DNA from: a virus
Lineage: Duplodnaviria > Caudoviricetes
Virus record (IMG/VR): IMGVR_UViG_3300032030_000015
Coordinates: 81,002 to 145,001 of that record
Reading direction: 5' to 3' (one strand)
Length of the DNA stretch: 64,000 nt
The translations under genes and the position numbers were made by a program. The notes under the pieces are model-generated. The model ran no database searches. It was not told the DNA's origin and was given only the letters and a program-made list of their open reading frames with translations. The number at the start of each line of letters is the position of its first letter. Position 1 is the first letter of the stretch. Of this stretch, positions 45,801 to 54,651 are shown one piece after another.

Positions 45801-48800
45801 GCGCTCCGTGTTATACCACTCTATGGCCTGCTCGGTGGTCTTGATGTTCTTGCGCACGGCATCCTTGATGAACCTTGCGTCCTCCGAGAGCACCGCCTGC
45901 ACGTCGGCACCGTTGGCCAGTGCCTTCACGCGCTCCAGCATCTCCTTGCGGCGGGCCACCAGGTCGTTGCCGTTCCACTCCTTGTAGGGCGAGGTCACTT
46001 TGTTGTAGTCGCCGTAGGGATTCTTCCCTCCGCCGCCACCGCCGCCGCCGTTGCCTGACGAATAGTAAGAGCCCGCCTCCTTTACCAAAGCATCGCGCTG
46101 ATCCTTGATGCCGTCGATGCGAGCCTGAGCGTCCTTTACGAAATTCTCGTAGGCTTCCTTCTCCTTGTCATTACTCAGGTCGTAGTAGTTTGGTGCGGCT
46201 GCAATCATGCCCTCCAGCGTGTCGGCCTGCTTCAACAGAGTGGCAGCCGCTTTCTTGCGGGCCTCTCCGGTCGCTGCCGCATACTTACCCTCCAGATCCA
46301 CATAGGTCTTCTCCGATTCCCGATATTGCTCTTTCAGTTCCTTCTGCGTATGCTTGCGGTCAACGGATGCTTCTACGTCAAACTGCATCTCAGTATCCTT
46401 TACCTTCTTCTGAACATCCAGGTATTCCTTCCTGTAGTCCATCACAAGGTTGCGAAGATAGGCACCATAGGCCGTGACCTTCTTCTTGCCGTTGCTCGTT
46501 GTCTCGTAGATGCTAAGACCCGCATCTGAAAGAACCTGCTCCACCTGCTGGGCGGTCAGTTTCTCGCCCTGTGCCATCGTGGTAATCTCGCGCAACAGTT
46601 CCGTACTGGCCTCCGTGTCGGTAGTCCACACCTCCTTGTTGCCGACCTTCACCTTCTTGCGCTTGGAAATGCCCAGCGCCTGGCTCAGTTCGCCGTACTT
46701 CTTGTCGCGCCCTTCGCCGTAGTTCTCTTCGATACGCCCCAGCGCAGCCTCCTTGCGCTTCAGCGTGATGGTCTCGCGCAGTTTGGCGTTAATCAGTTCG
46801 CGGGCGTTGGCCAGTTCGTTGGCCGACGATATCTCCGAAAGCATGAAGCCGAGATACTTACCATATATCTTATTGATGTTTTCAATGCTTGACTTGTGGG
46901 CATCGCTGGCTTTGCGCACGTCGTCCTCGGCCTTCTTCAAGTCCTCTTCGGCCTTTGCCAGCCGGTCGGCGCTTTCCTTCGATCCGTCCATCTGCTTCTT
47001 GGCGGCTTCCAGTGCGGCCTTGGCCTCGCGCACCTTCTTGTTGGCCTCGTTGATAGAATCGTTAGCCTTGTCGACAGCCTTGAAGTTGTCGTTCACGGCC
47101 TGCTCCGACTTCACAAGTTCCTGTGCCCACTTGCCTATCTCCTTTTGCGTCTCCGACAGTCTTTCCCTATATGAACCAAATGCGTGTACTGCATAGAGCA
47201 CGGCACCCGCTAATGCCGTGAAGATGTTGCCCCATTGCAGTTTCTTTGTCTCGTTGTTGACAAACCCGATGGCGATGCCGATCTTTTGCAGACCTCCTTC
47301 AATGCCTTTCATGCTGGCGAAGACTCCCCAGAGGTTGGCCTTTGTCAGCATAAGGAACGTAATGACGGTGCGCAGTGCTACGCTTACGCCGCCACTACCA
47401 ACCAGCAGGTCGATAGTCTTGCGCAGTCCGTCAATCATCCATCCGAGTCCTTTCTGCATCGTGTCGCTCACGAATGCTTCTTCCATCTGATTCTTCAGCC
47501 TCTCCCACTTCGCCGCTGCCGTGTCGTTCATCTTGTTGTACTCGTCCATCAGGGCGGTGTTCTGCTTGTACGCCTCGCCCGCTATGCCGAGCTGCTTCTC
47601 CAGCGTGTCCACGTTCTGCGAGAGCAAGCCGAACACGATGCCGGCACGGGCGCCCTGCTGGTTCAACTGCTTCATCACGTCCTGCATCGACACCGAGCGG
47701 CCCAGCATGCCCTCCACGGCGTCGGCGGCGGCGTTCATGCCCTCCTCGGTGGTCATGTCGAAGTTCTTCACCGAGTCGTGCAGCGCCTTGAACACGGCCA
47801 CCATCTGGTCGATGCCCGACATGCTCTTCAACTGCTTCTCGGTCATGCCGATGGCCTGCGCCACCTCGAACGTGTTGTTCCTGATGGCCGGAATCATTCG
47901 TGACAGCGCCGTTGCCGACATCTCCACGCGACCGCCCAGGGCATCGACCGTGGCACCCAGCGCGGCTATCTGGTCGATGGAGATACCCGCCTGCGCTCCC
48001 ACGGCACCCACACGGCTCACGAAGTCGGTGATGGGTCCGGCGGCGGCTGCCGAGTTGGCACGCAGGGCGATGACCGTCGAGCCCACGCGCTCCAGCGTCT
48101 CGCGGACGTTGTTGCCGTTCTTCTCCAGGTCGCCCGTCGCGTCGGCTATCTTCATCAGCGTGCGGCTCGCCTCGCTACCCAGTTCGGGCAGCGACACCGA
48201 CAGCATGTTCGCAGCCTCGGTGAAGCCCTGCACGTCCTCCTGCGTCTTCAAACCGATACTACCGGCAAGAGAGCTAAATTCCATCAGACCGGTCAGGCTG
48301 GTGCGCGTATCAAGTTTCGTCAGCGCGTCCGACAGTCGGCCCACCTGGTCGGCGGTCATCTGCGTCGTCTTGCGCACTTCACCCATGCGGTCACTCAGGT
48401 CCAGCAGGTCACTGGCAGTACCCGTCACTTTCTGCCACAGGATGTTGAATCCCATATACAGGCCGACGTAGGTCTTCAGTCGCGACACGGCTTTCTCCCA
48501 TGCCGAGGCGCTGGCCTTGGCGGCGCCCTCCATGTCCTTCAGCGTGTTCTTCGCCGCCTTCACCTGCTCGGCGAACGCATTGTACTCCTTCGAGTTCTTG
48601 CCCAGCGAGCCCTCCATGCGGCGCAGTTCGCCGTCGGCCCGCTTGATGGCCGCCCGCAGTTCATCGAGGCTCACGGCCTGTGCGGGCTGCTCCATCAGCC
48701 GGCGCATCTTCTCCTGACTCATGTTCACGTTGTCCTGCTCGAACTTCAGGTCGCGCAGCTTCTTCGTCAGGTCGGCGAGCTCCTCTTCCTCTGCTTCGGT

Positions 48801-51038
48801 GGAAAGTCCGAGCCTCTTGTTCTCCTGTATGAGCTTGATGACGGCATCGCGGCGTTCGTTGATGGCCTTGGTTGCAGCCTGTATCTGCTGTGGCGAAGCG
48901 ACGAAGCCTTCCTTGTTGTTCTGGAGGTAATAGTTCTCGCCCGCCTTGGCGGCAAGTTCCAGAGCATCATCGAGCGACATCACGTCCTCGGCGGCTTTCT
49001 TAGCCGACTGACCTGTCTTCTGCAACCACTGGTCTATCTGCTGTATCCTGGCAGCGGCTGTTTCCTGTGGCAATGAATCGCGGTAGGCTTTCAGGTCGGC
49101 GGCCATCTCCTTTACCTTATTGGTACTGGCATCCTTGTAACTGCCGTTCTGGAACCACTGGAAGGCGGTCTCTCCGTTGATCTTGACCATCGCCTCCTGC
49201 ATCTTATCCACTTCCTTCAACTGGTCGCGGTATTCCTGCAGAGACTCTTTTGCAGTCTTAGGGTCTTCGATAAGTTTGCGCCAGTAGTTCTGCTGTGCCT
49301 TGATAGCCGATGCCGTCGGCATGATGCCACGGTTCAGTTCGTCAATCATCGTCTGGAACTGGCGCCGCATCGTCTCGTTGCTCTGAGCGACGCGGGCTGC
49401 CTCTCCACCATATCGCTTGACGTGTTCCTCGGCTTTGGCGATAGACTCAGCAAGCCGCTGCGCATCTGGGCTGGCCGATGCCATGTGTGAGTGCAGTTCC
49501 TTGGCGGCGGCTATACTCTCGCGTATCTCCGCCAATGAATACATATTGAACGATTCGCTACGGACTATCCCTGCCTTCTGTTCGTTGGCTATGCGGTTGC
49601 GCTCCTGTTCCTCGTCCTTTACGGCTTTCAGCCGTGCCTCGTATTCAGCCAGTTCGGCTTTGCCTTTCTCGGTGCCGGCCACCTGAGCCTCCCAGAACTT
49701 CTTGGTCTCTTGCAGGGCTGCGTCTGACAGGTTGCTCAGGCTGGCCATGCGGTCAACCATCTGCTGCAACTGCTGTACTTGCTTCTGCGTGCTGGTCTCG
49801 CCTGCCAGTCCGAACTTCTCCACATGCTCCTCGGCGCGGATGATGTCGGCTACCAACTGCTTATACGACGCATCGGCAGGGTCCATCGCCTGTGCCAGTT
49901 GCTTGGCGGCGCGTATCGAGCCCTGCAGTTCCTGCTCGCTCAAAGTGGAGAGGTCGGCGGTCTTTATCAGTCTGGCGTCCTTTTGCAACTGGCCCTTGTC
50001 ACGCTTCTGCTCCTCGGCGTTGATATCCTTCAGGCGCTTCTCTATCTCTGCGAGTTTCGGGTCATTCTGGTCGGCACCGTCGTACATGGCCTGCCAGAAG
50101 CGCTTGGTCTCTGCGAGGGCGTCCTTCGAGAGGTTGCCGAGGTTGCCCATGCGCTCATTCATCAGTTTGAGCGCACCGTTGTTCTTTATCTCATTAAGGG
50201 TCTCTGAAAGACTCCTTATCTGTTTCTCAGTAGCGTCCATTATTCGGGCACCCTTGCCGTTGGGGTCGTCGATGACGGTCTGGTACTCGCGCAGTTTGGC
50301 GATGACCTCGTTCAGCGTCTTGGTGTCGGCGGTAGCGAAGTCGCCACGGAAGGCGCGGCCCAGCATCTTCTGGCCCGACACACGCGCACTCTCCGTCTCC
50401 ATCTCTTTCATCTTCTCGGCCAGGAACTCGAACTGCTGGGCGTACTCGCGGTTCTCCTTCGAGCCCTCCTTGGTGGTCTGCATCAGGTCGCGCACGCCGT
50501 CGCGGGTCTTCTTCAGCGTCGACTCGGCCACGGTGCCGCCCTGCTCCAGTATCTGTATGGTCTCCCTGGCGTCGGTCTTGAAGGTGTCAACCACGCGCTG
50601 CGATTCGCGTATCACCTCGGTGATGATGCGGTAGGCCTTCAGTTCCTCCTCGTTGGCGGTCTCGGGCTTGATGTTCTCTATACGCTTCTTCAGTCCGTTC
50701 TGCCCGGCCTTGATGGCCTTCATGCTCAGGCTCTCGATGTTGCCCGCATCGTAGGCTTTCAGCAACTCGTCGGCAGCCTTCACGCCACGGGTGTAGTCCT
50801 TCATCGTGCGGTTCACGTCGTCGAGGTCGCTCTTCAGATTTTTTAGTTCTTTTCGGAAGCCGATAAGCCGCTGGTCGTCTGGTTCCACCTTGCCGAGGGC
50901 TTCAATCTGTTTATTGACGTCCTCCATGCGATCTTTCAGCTTCTTGGCTTCTTCCTGCAGAGCCTCCATCGAGGCACTGGCGGGTCGGGCGTTAATCTCG
51001 AAGCGAACGGATGATACTTCTGTTCTTCTTACACTCAT
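42900..51038 (-). CDS. Tail tape measure protein (2712 aa)
   Basis: Very long and helical; PhageMin_Tail-like core (VRKTT..LDTRTS..AGSIG); C-terminal LVGEKGREAII. Confidence 0.9.
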   Translation of the reverse strand: MSVRRTEVSSVRFEINARPASASMEALQEEAKKLKDRMEDVNKQIEALGKVEPDDQRLIGFRKELKNLKSDLDDVNRTMKDYTRGVKAADELLKAYDAGNIESLSMKAIKAGQNGLKKRIENIKPETANEEELKAYRIITEVIRESQRVVDTFKTDARETIQILEQGGTVAESTLKKTRDGVRDLMQTTKEGSKENREYAQQFEFLAEKMKEMETESARVSGQKMLGRAFRGDFATADTKTLNEVIAKLREYQTVIDDPNGKGARIMDATEKQIRSLSETLNEIKNNGALKLMNERMGNLGNLSKDALAETKRFWQAMYDGADQNDPKLAEIEKRLKDINAEEQKRDKGQLQKDARLIKTADLSTLSEQELQGSIRAAKQLAQAMDPADASYKQLVADIIRAEEHVEKFGLAGETSTQKQVQQLQQMVDRMASLSNLSDAALQETKKFWEAQVAGTEKGKAELAEYEARLKAVKDEEQERNRIANEQKAGIVRSESFNMYSLAEIRESIAAAKELHSHMASASPDAQRLAESIAKAEEHVKRYGGEAARVAQSNETMRRQFQTMIDELNRGIMPTASAIKAQQNYWRKLIEDPKTAKESLQEYRDQLKEVDKMQEAMVKINGETAFQWFQNGSYKDASTNKVKEMAADLKAYRDSLPQETAAARIQQIDQWLQKTGQSAKKAAEDVMSLDDALELAAKAGENYYLQNNKEGFVASPQQIQAATKAINERRDAVIKLIQENKRLGLSTEAEEEELADLTKKLRDLKFEQDNVNMSQEKMRRLMEQPAQAVSLDELRAAIKRADGELRRMEGSLGKNSKEYNAFAEQVKAAKNTLKDMEGAAKASASAWEKAVSRLKTYVGLYMGFNILWQKVTGTASDLLDLSDRMGEVRKTTQMTADQVGRLSDALTKLDTRTSLTGLMEFSSLAGSIGLKTQEDVQGFTEAANMLSVSLPELGSEASRTLMKIADATGDLEKNGNNVRETLERVGSTVIALRANSAAAAGPITDFVSRVGAVGAQAGISIDQIAALGATVDALGGRVEMSATALSRMIPAIRNNTFEVAQAIGMTEKQLKSMSGIDQMVAVFKALHDSVKNFDMTTEEGMNAAADAVEGMLGRSVSMQDVMKQLNQQGARAGIVFGLLSQNVDTLEKQLGIAGEAYKQNTALMDEYNKMNDTAAAKWERLKNQMEEAFVSDTMQKGLGWMIDGLRKTIDLLVGSGGVSVALRTVITFLMLTKANLWGVFASMKGIEGGLQKIGIAIGFVNNETKKLQWGNIFTALAGAVLYAVHAFGSYRERLSETQKEIGKWAQELVKSEQAVNDNFKAVDKANDSINEANKKVREAKAALEAAKKQMDGSKESADRLAKAEEDLKKAEDDVRKASDAHKSSIENINKIYGKYLGFMLSEISSANELANARELINAKLRETITLKRKEAALGRIEENYGEGRDKKYGELSQALGISKRKKVKVGNKEVWTTDTEASTELLREITTMAQGEKLTAQQVEQVLSDAGLSIYETTSNGKKKVTAYGAYLRNLVMDYRKEYLDVQKKVKDTEMQFDVEASVDRKHTQKELKEQYRESEKTYVDLEGKYAAATGEARKKAAATLLKQADTLEGMIAAAPNYYDLSNDKEKEAYENFVKDAQARIDGIKDQRDALVKEAGSYYSSGNGGGGGGGGKNPYGDYNKVTSPYKEWNGNDLVARRKEMLERVKALANGADVQAVLSEDARFIKDAVRKNIKTTEQAIEWYNTERLKIQDALHAKHLTNTGDWMDPEKVRKRVGRVVNDEMKYYLDELDAYYTERKAKIQEAQNDQEISEAEARNRTLANDAEWQQRRAELQLLYSKRRGEVVQQEQDEIFRIISERTGETTAYIKADIAQTNHLIEETGKKNKAAMDRIYGDIELGAERSFLRQRNAIGQHMKDITAIVNKENPYAGITEELRKNLGTMDALLTDIEKEEERTMEKEIERTMFILEQSTKGYSLTWEQLMGEMAKRGWQAWADAIDGDAQTQQRLMHQVYRVFEKVQDAIKKEASELKKQADIMWSNILLPGGDGKTTIKDAFEQAIGALGIQEGRVSRANSLIGAGVASERVADKLAIQQLKVQLAMQQYQYSLVHKIGKEKIDMLRREAEMESDAEKARQLRMQAQNAEMALNLATRKEQTDELKLQEDIIAKTEESEARLYKELREWADLLTSSIQGVFEASHAGDAEYYNERAKLDLTGKGGPGAGTYVVIDNAGTSDATAHYEYLDERQALEREHEIEQQNAQAEAWRKLMDDINQKMSDQITDWLNAMFQNASLDANTDATLQNTEALMGLSGAIAGAKAGNALDNIDLGGTTDGSASGAGATAGIESGLTPDQAQEFIEGMGDNPMLFWQEQSDIATQKMLDNMAALKKGQDDANKKMQASTQATFAKMTAAANMYGIAYQTMSNDNLSTTQKFEMMAVQAAGQSAISMLTVDFSTMTGEAAVNSASVLGKLWSQLGWYAIPVYALFTGLLGGLMGLAVSKIAKSKSQIAQVTGASVGAGRLATGMLTYAEGNVNEFTDPASLTPGRQYNVDGADGKTYRARYMGKDAKTHITNGPEFHLVGEKGREAIIDAHTTRLMQTDDTGIWQAIQTLYNGGRVSGFSTRRGRGVRAFAEGNINDFEDISGSGMEGADGFDDLTAMQDSLDRNTAVQEALLERLNKPIVAQNIWTGPEGIPNMVNKYQKEAKRHGVKYL

Positions 51039-51071
51039 AGTGGTATGTCGTGTTTGTGTTGATACTTTGTG

Positions 51072-51629
51072 TTACGTGTGGCGCACGGTCTGCGAGAGGC
51101 GTCCCTGTGTCAGCAGTTGTTCGATGAGCCGCTTGTTGTGGATGCTGGGGCCGAGGGCGTAAATCATGATGGCCATGCCGTGGTAGGAGAAGCGGTCTTC
51201 GAGCATAGTCACGAACTTGCGCGACTGCTTGCGCATCTCGGTGGGGATGGAGGGCTTCGCCTTTCGGGGGCGGTCGGGCATCTCGATGGGCTGCCACCTG
51301 CGCTGGGGGATGGCTGGCGGCAGGGCGACGAACGGCATCTTGCGGCCCAGCGCCAGCTCCACGAACTTGGCGTAGTAGTTGTAGCGGGCTGTAAACACCT
51401 GGCGGTCGCCGCCCGAGTCGGCCCATGTGCGCCACTTGATGCTTCGGAGCAGTGCCCCCGACTGCCGTGCCTTCTGACGCTTGATGTTGCCCTCGGAGTC
51501 CATCTGTCCGAACTCCACGAACTTGTCAATCCACTGCAGCACGCGGGCGTCGCGCCAGTCGAACTTCACGGCCTCTATCATCTCACCGTAAGCGTCGCGC
51601 TGCAGTGCCAATGGTCTACCGTCTGCCAT
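51072..51629 (-). CDS. Neck/tail-completion protein (start MADGRP at 51629)
   Basis: SGALLRSI and YNYYAKFVELALGR motifs of the HK97-gp10-like type; promoter directly upstream. Confidence 0.6.
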   Translation of the reverse strand: MADGRPLALQRDAYGEMIEAVKFDWRDARVLQWIDKFVEFGQMDSEGNIKRQKARQSGALLRSIKWRTWADSGGDRQVFTARYNYYAKFVELALGRKMPFVALPPAIPQRRWQPIEMPDRPRKAKPSIPTEMRKQSRKFVTMLEDRFSYHGMAIMIYALGPSIHNKRLIEQLLTQGRLSQTVRHT

Positions 51630-51656
51630 ATCGTCTCGTCTCCTTAGTTTTTTAGG

Positions 51657-51694
51657 TGCAAGATACGTCCTGACTTTAACGAAATCAAGGGCAG
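51657..51694 (-). promoter_or_regulatory. Putative late promoter, copy 7
   Basis: CTGCCCTTGATTTC-N14-GTATCTTGC. Confidence 0.75.
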
Positions 51695-51913
51695 TGCGAG
51701 CCGAGAGCAGAATCCACGAGCCGCGCTCGATGGTTATGCCGAGGCGATGCCTGCGCTCAACAAAGTTAAGGGCAGTGCGAGGTGAGAGCAGAATCCACGA
51801 GCCGCGCTCGATGGTTATTTTCAAAAAAGCAGTAGTTTTGGAAAATATTAGAGTAGTTTTGAAAAATATTAGAGTAGTTTCCACCATGCACCGTGAACCG
51901 TGAACCGTGAACC
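51687..51913. repeat. Repeat cluster: 1.5 tandem palindromic elements, a 21-bp tandem repeat and a CCGTGAA heptamer
   Basis: GAGAGCAGAATCCACGAGCCGCGCTCGATGGTTAT twice; AGTAGTTTTGRAAAATATTAG about 2.4 times; (CCGTGAA) three times. Confidence 0.8.
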
Positions 51914-51920
51914 ATACGCA

Positions 51921-51958
51921 CTGCCCTTGATTTCGTCGCCGCTACTTTGTATATTGCA
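51921..51958 (+). promoter_or_regulatory. Putative late promoter, copy 8 (holin-like genes)
   Basis: CTGCCCTTGATTTC-N14-GTATATTGC. Confidence 0.75.
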
Positions 51959-51981
51959 GGCAAAAAGAATCTGAAAGCGAT

Positions 51982-52359
51982 ATGAATCAAGTAATGACAG
52001 ACATTTGGCCCTACCTGTTTGGTTCCATGCTCGGCGTCATCGGGTGGCTGTTCAAGTATGTGTTCAACCTGAAGAGCGACCTCGACACGACGAAGAAGGA
52101 ACTGGCCGAGATGAAGGCGACGATGCACAACAGCATCGAGAACATAGAGAAAACCATTGAGAATATCCAGAAACGCATGGACTCGCACTCGAAGAAACAG
52201 GACGAGTTCCTCGAAAAGATGTCGTCGATGGAGAAGGAGGTGCTAAAGTCGATGGGGTCGGTGAGGGCTGAGATTTCATCCCTGTCATCCGACCTGAAGG
52301 GGCTGAGCAACCTGATACTGGTCAGCGACCCTGGCATCAAGATCAACAGACAAAAATAA
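51982..52359 (+). CDS. Holin-like or lysis-associated membrane protein (one TM plus coiled coil)
   Basis: IWPYLFGSMLGVIGWLF transmembrane helix followed by heptads. Confidence 0.55.
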   Translation: MNQVMTDIWPYLFGSMLGVIGWLFKYVFNLKSDLDTTKKELAEMKATMHNSIENIEKTIENIQKRMDSHSKKQDEFLEKMSSMEKEVLKSMGSVRAEISSLSSDLKGLSNLILVSDPGIKINRQK

Positions 52360-52367
52360 CACGCACT

Positions 52368-52742
52368 ATGGGACGGAGATTTAGACGAACCGGCAAAGAG
52401 ATGGCGAATCGGTGGCATGAGAAGATGCCGCACTTCTTCTACTGGCTCACCGTCGTGGCCTGCGGCATCGGTGGCGGAGTGGCTGCCATCAACCAACTGG
52501 TGCCGCTGACGGGCGGCGTGCTGCACGAGTGGTGGGTGGATCTGTACCCATACATCTTCGGTACCTGCGTCGGCATTGTCTTCGCCTGCAGGTTCACAGT
52601 GGCTGGCGGCTATAAGGACATCAACCCCGACAAACTGACTCGTGGAAACATGGTACTCAACAAGGACATCGACCACATGAACGCGGAGCAGCCGGGCGAA
52701 CCGAATGAGATTGAAGGCTGCGATGAAGCGAGAGAAGAATGA
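52368..52742 (+). CDS. Holin-like protein (two TM)
   Basis: RWHEKMPHFF followed by two hydrophobic helices. Confidence 0.6.
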   Translation: MGRRFRRTGKEMANRWHEKMPHFFYWLTVVACGIGGGVAAINQLVPLTGGVLHEWWVDLYPYIFGTCVGIVFACRFTVAGGYKDINPDKLTRGNMVLNKDIDHMNAEQPGEPNEIEGCDEAREE

Positions 52743-52845
52743 TGCTTGCATCAGTTCTTCCGAGCGTGAGCAGGCTCGACCGTAGGTCACCTTTATGACG
52801 ACGGGCCCGGCGCATAGACATAAGACCAACACAACACAAGATACG

Positions 52846-52972
52846 GAGCCGTGAGGCTCGCATGAGTTTTCATACGATTAACAACGTGTTTTCATAGGTT
52901 AATAGTTTTAGGTTTATTAGTTATTGGTAAAAAGATGGAAAGACCGCCGTCCGTGAGGATAGCGGTCTTTCC
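52846..52972 (+). ncRNA. Candidate trans-acting sRNA with two anti-start-codon tracts between CCGTGAGG hairpins
   Basis: GAGCCGTGAGGCTC hairpin; GTTTTCATA twice; U-rich tract; terminal hairpin GGAAAGACCGCCGTCC-GTGA-GGATAGCGGTCTTTCC. Confidence 0.5.
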
Positions 52973-52973
52973 T

Positions 52974-53002
52974 AATGTTCAATGTTCAATGTTCAATGTT
53001 CA
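52974..53002. repeat. Heptamer tandem repeat (AATGTTC)x4
   Basis: Seen directly; a similar (TTCACTY)x4 array lies at 41461-41488. Confidence 0.8.
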
Positions 53003-53485
53003 GAATCCCATCGCCTCGTCGATTTCCTGCTCTATCAGTTCCTCTTCGGTCGGCTCGTGGGGTATGAGCCAAGGCGGCGTGGGGATAGGCTCCAGCAGAT
53101 ACAGCGGCAGCCATGCCTCGTCGGGCAGCCCGCCCGGCGTGTCGTGGAACCGCAGGTGCAGGGCGCGGTGGCGCTGGTCGATGGCCTCGCACTCCTTGCC
53201 GTGCCATGCTCGCTCCTCGAAGCACTCCGCCTCGCGCCCGCCACAGCGACTGATGAGTTCGCGCACGGCGTCGCAGAACTCCTGTCGGGTCTCGTAGCCG
53301 TGGTCCATGTAGTCACGGAGCGGCACGCGGTCCATGTTCTTCATCACCCGATAAAAGGGCCCCGTGACGATGATATTCTCGTTGTTCGGGTCGCGGTTCG
53401 TCGGCCGCGTCAGCGGTGCCTCCGCCTCGCCGTCGGGCTTGATGGCAGGGTGAGAGAAACGGGCATTGTGATTGTAGTCGGTCAT
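53000..53485 (-). CDS. Hypothetical protein
   Basis: Last gene of the leftward early block; overlaps the upstream stop. Confidence 0.6.
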   Translation of the reverse strand: MTDYNHNARFSHPAIKPDGEAEAPLTRPTNRDPNNENIIVTGPFYRVMKNMDRVPLRDYMDHGYETRQEFCDAVRELISRCGGREAECFEERAWHGKECEAIDQRHRALHLRFHDTPGGLPDEAWLPLYLLEPIPTPPWLIPHEPTEEELIEQEIDEAMGF

Positions 53486-54087
53486 AGGCAGTCCTCCTTT
53501 CCTTGTTGTTTATACCACTCCCTTTCGGGCACTCCGTTGATAGTCTTGGGCTGGATGGTCGATGGCTGGCCGCGATAGTTGAATATCTTTTGCGGGAAAC
53601 CCTCGCGGCGCAGTATCGAGTAGAGTATCTTCATGTCGGCATGACCCGTCGCCATGTGCGACTTTGGCGCCACTTGCGGAACAATCTGCTTGCCGTCCCA
53701 GTAGAGCAGCCCCCAGCCGTCGGGCAGTTCGTCGGGCTTGATGATGCCGTCGGGACAGAGATACCAGCGCAGGTTGCCGGCCCGCATATCCTCTGGAGCA
53801 TCCCTACGCCACCATTTCTTCTGGTCGGCCATGAAGTCGTCGTGGCTCACCTTGACCTCGATAACGGCGGTACAATAACCGTCGTAGCCCCATACGTCGC
53901 AGTTCTCCGTGCCGTAGGTGCATAGTTCCACGGCGACGTACTTGAACGCCAGCCGACAGCCACGGCACACGTCGAGGTTGAAGCACGGCTTCCCCTTCTT
54001 CCGACACCGGTTGAAGTCCTGCCGACGGCGCAGCCACTTGGCTCCCTCCAGACAGAGGTCGTAGTGCAGCGAATTGGTCTTGCTCAT
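53482..54087 (-). CDS. PD-(D/E)XK nuclease-fold protein, MmcB-like (start MSKTNS at 54087)
   Basis: ENCDVWG..VIEVKVSHDDFMADQKK..GNLRWYLCP..GWGLL. Confidence 0.7.
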   Translation of the reverse strand: MSKTNSLHYDLCLEGAKWLRRRQDFNRCRKKGKPCFNLDVCRGCRLAFKYVAVELCTYGTENCDVWGYDGYCTAVIEVKVSHDDFMADQKKWWRRDAPEDMRAGNLRWYLCPDGIIKPDELPDGWGLLYWDGKQIVPQVAPKSHMATGHADMKILYSILRREGFPQKIFNYRGQPSTIQPKTINGVPEREWYKQQGKEDCL

Positions 54088-54587
54088 ACTCTCTCCTCCT
54101 GATACGTGATTACCTCGATGTGGTCGTGCGGCATCCAGAGGCGCCACCAGAGGCGGCTGGTCTCGATGAGCAGGGTGAAGAGCGGGTCGTGGGGCTCGTC
54201 GTGCTTCACGACGTTCAGGGCGAAGGGTTGGCGCAGGTAGTCCGTCAGTGGCCCGACAGGAATCTTTGGCAGGGGCTGCGTGGGGTCGTAGGCCGCCCTG
54301 GGGTCGAAGGTCGAGAGGCCCTCGGCGTGGGCTGCGAGCCAGGCGGCGTAGGTGCGCAGGTGGCGCACCAGTGCGGTGCAGCGGCGCATCGTCCGCATTC
54401 CGTCGCGCATGATGTCGCCCTGCCTTACCTCCGTATCGTCCACGCCAGCCAGCACCAGCAGTGCCGGCAGCGTCACGTAGGCCTCGTGCTCCTGCGCCTT
54501 CACGTGCAGGAATCCCTGCTCCTCGTGCCGCCGCAGCATGGCGAAGTAGTCCAGCCACGGCTGCAGGTTCTTATGCTTCTTCTTCAT
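54084..54587 (-). CDS. Hypothetical protein
   Basis: Operon coupling. Confidence 0.6.
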   Translation of the reverse strand: MKKKHKNLQPWLDYFAMLRRHEEQGFLHVKAQEHEAYVTLPALLVLAGVDDTEVRQGDIMRDGMRTMRRCTALVRHLRTYAAWLAAHAEGLSTFDPRAAYDPTQPLPKIPVGPLTDYLRQPFALNVVKHDEPHDPLFTLLIETSRLWWRLWMPHDHIEVITYQEERV

Positions 54588-54651
54588 AATCTCTTTCGTT
54601 TAGTGGATTTGCTATATAATATATATAATGTGTGCGCGGAGTGCGAGGGCA

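Noticed and set aside
51687-51913. CRISPR array
   Set aside because: The repeats are tandem without unique spacers, and there are no cas genes.
51630-52188. ORF extension 51630..51887 and ORF 51766..52188
   Set aside because: They are translations of repeats and promoters, or antisense to the holin-like gene.
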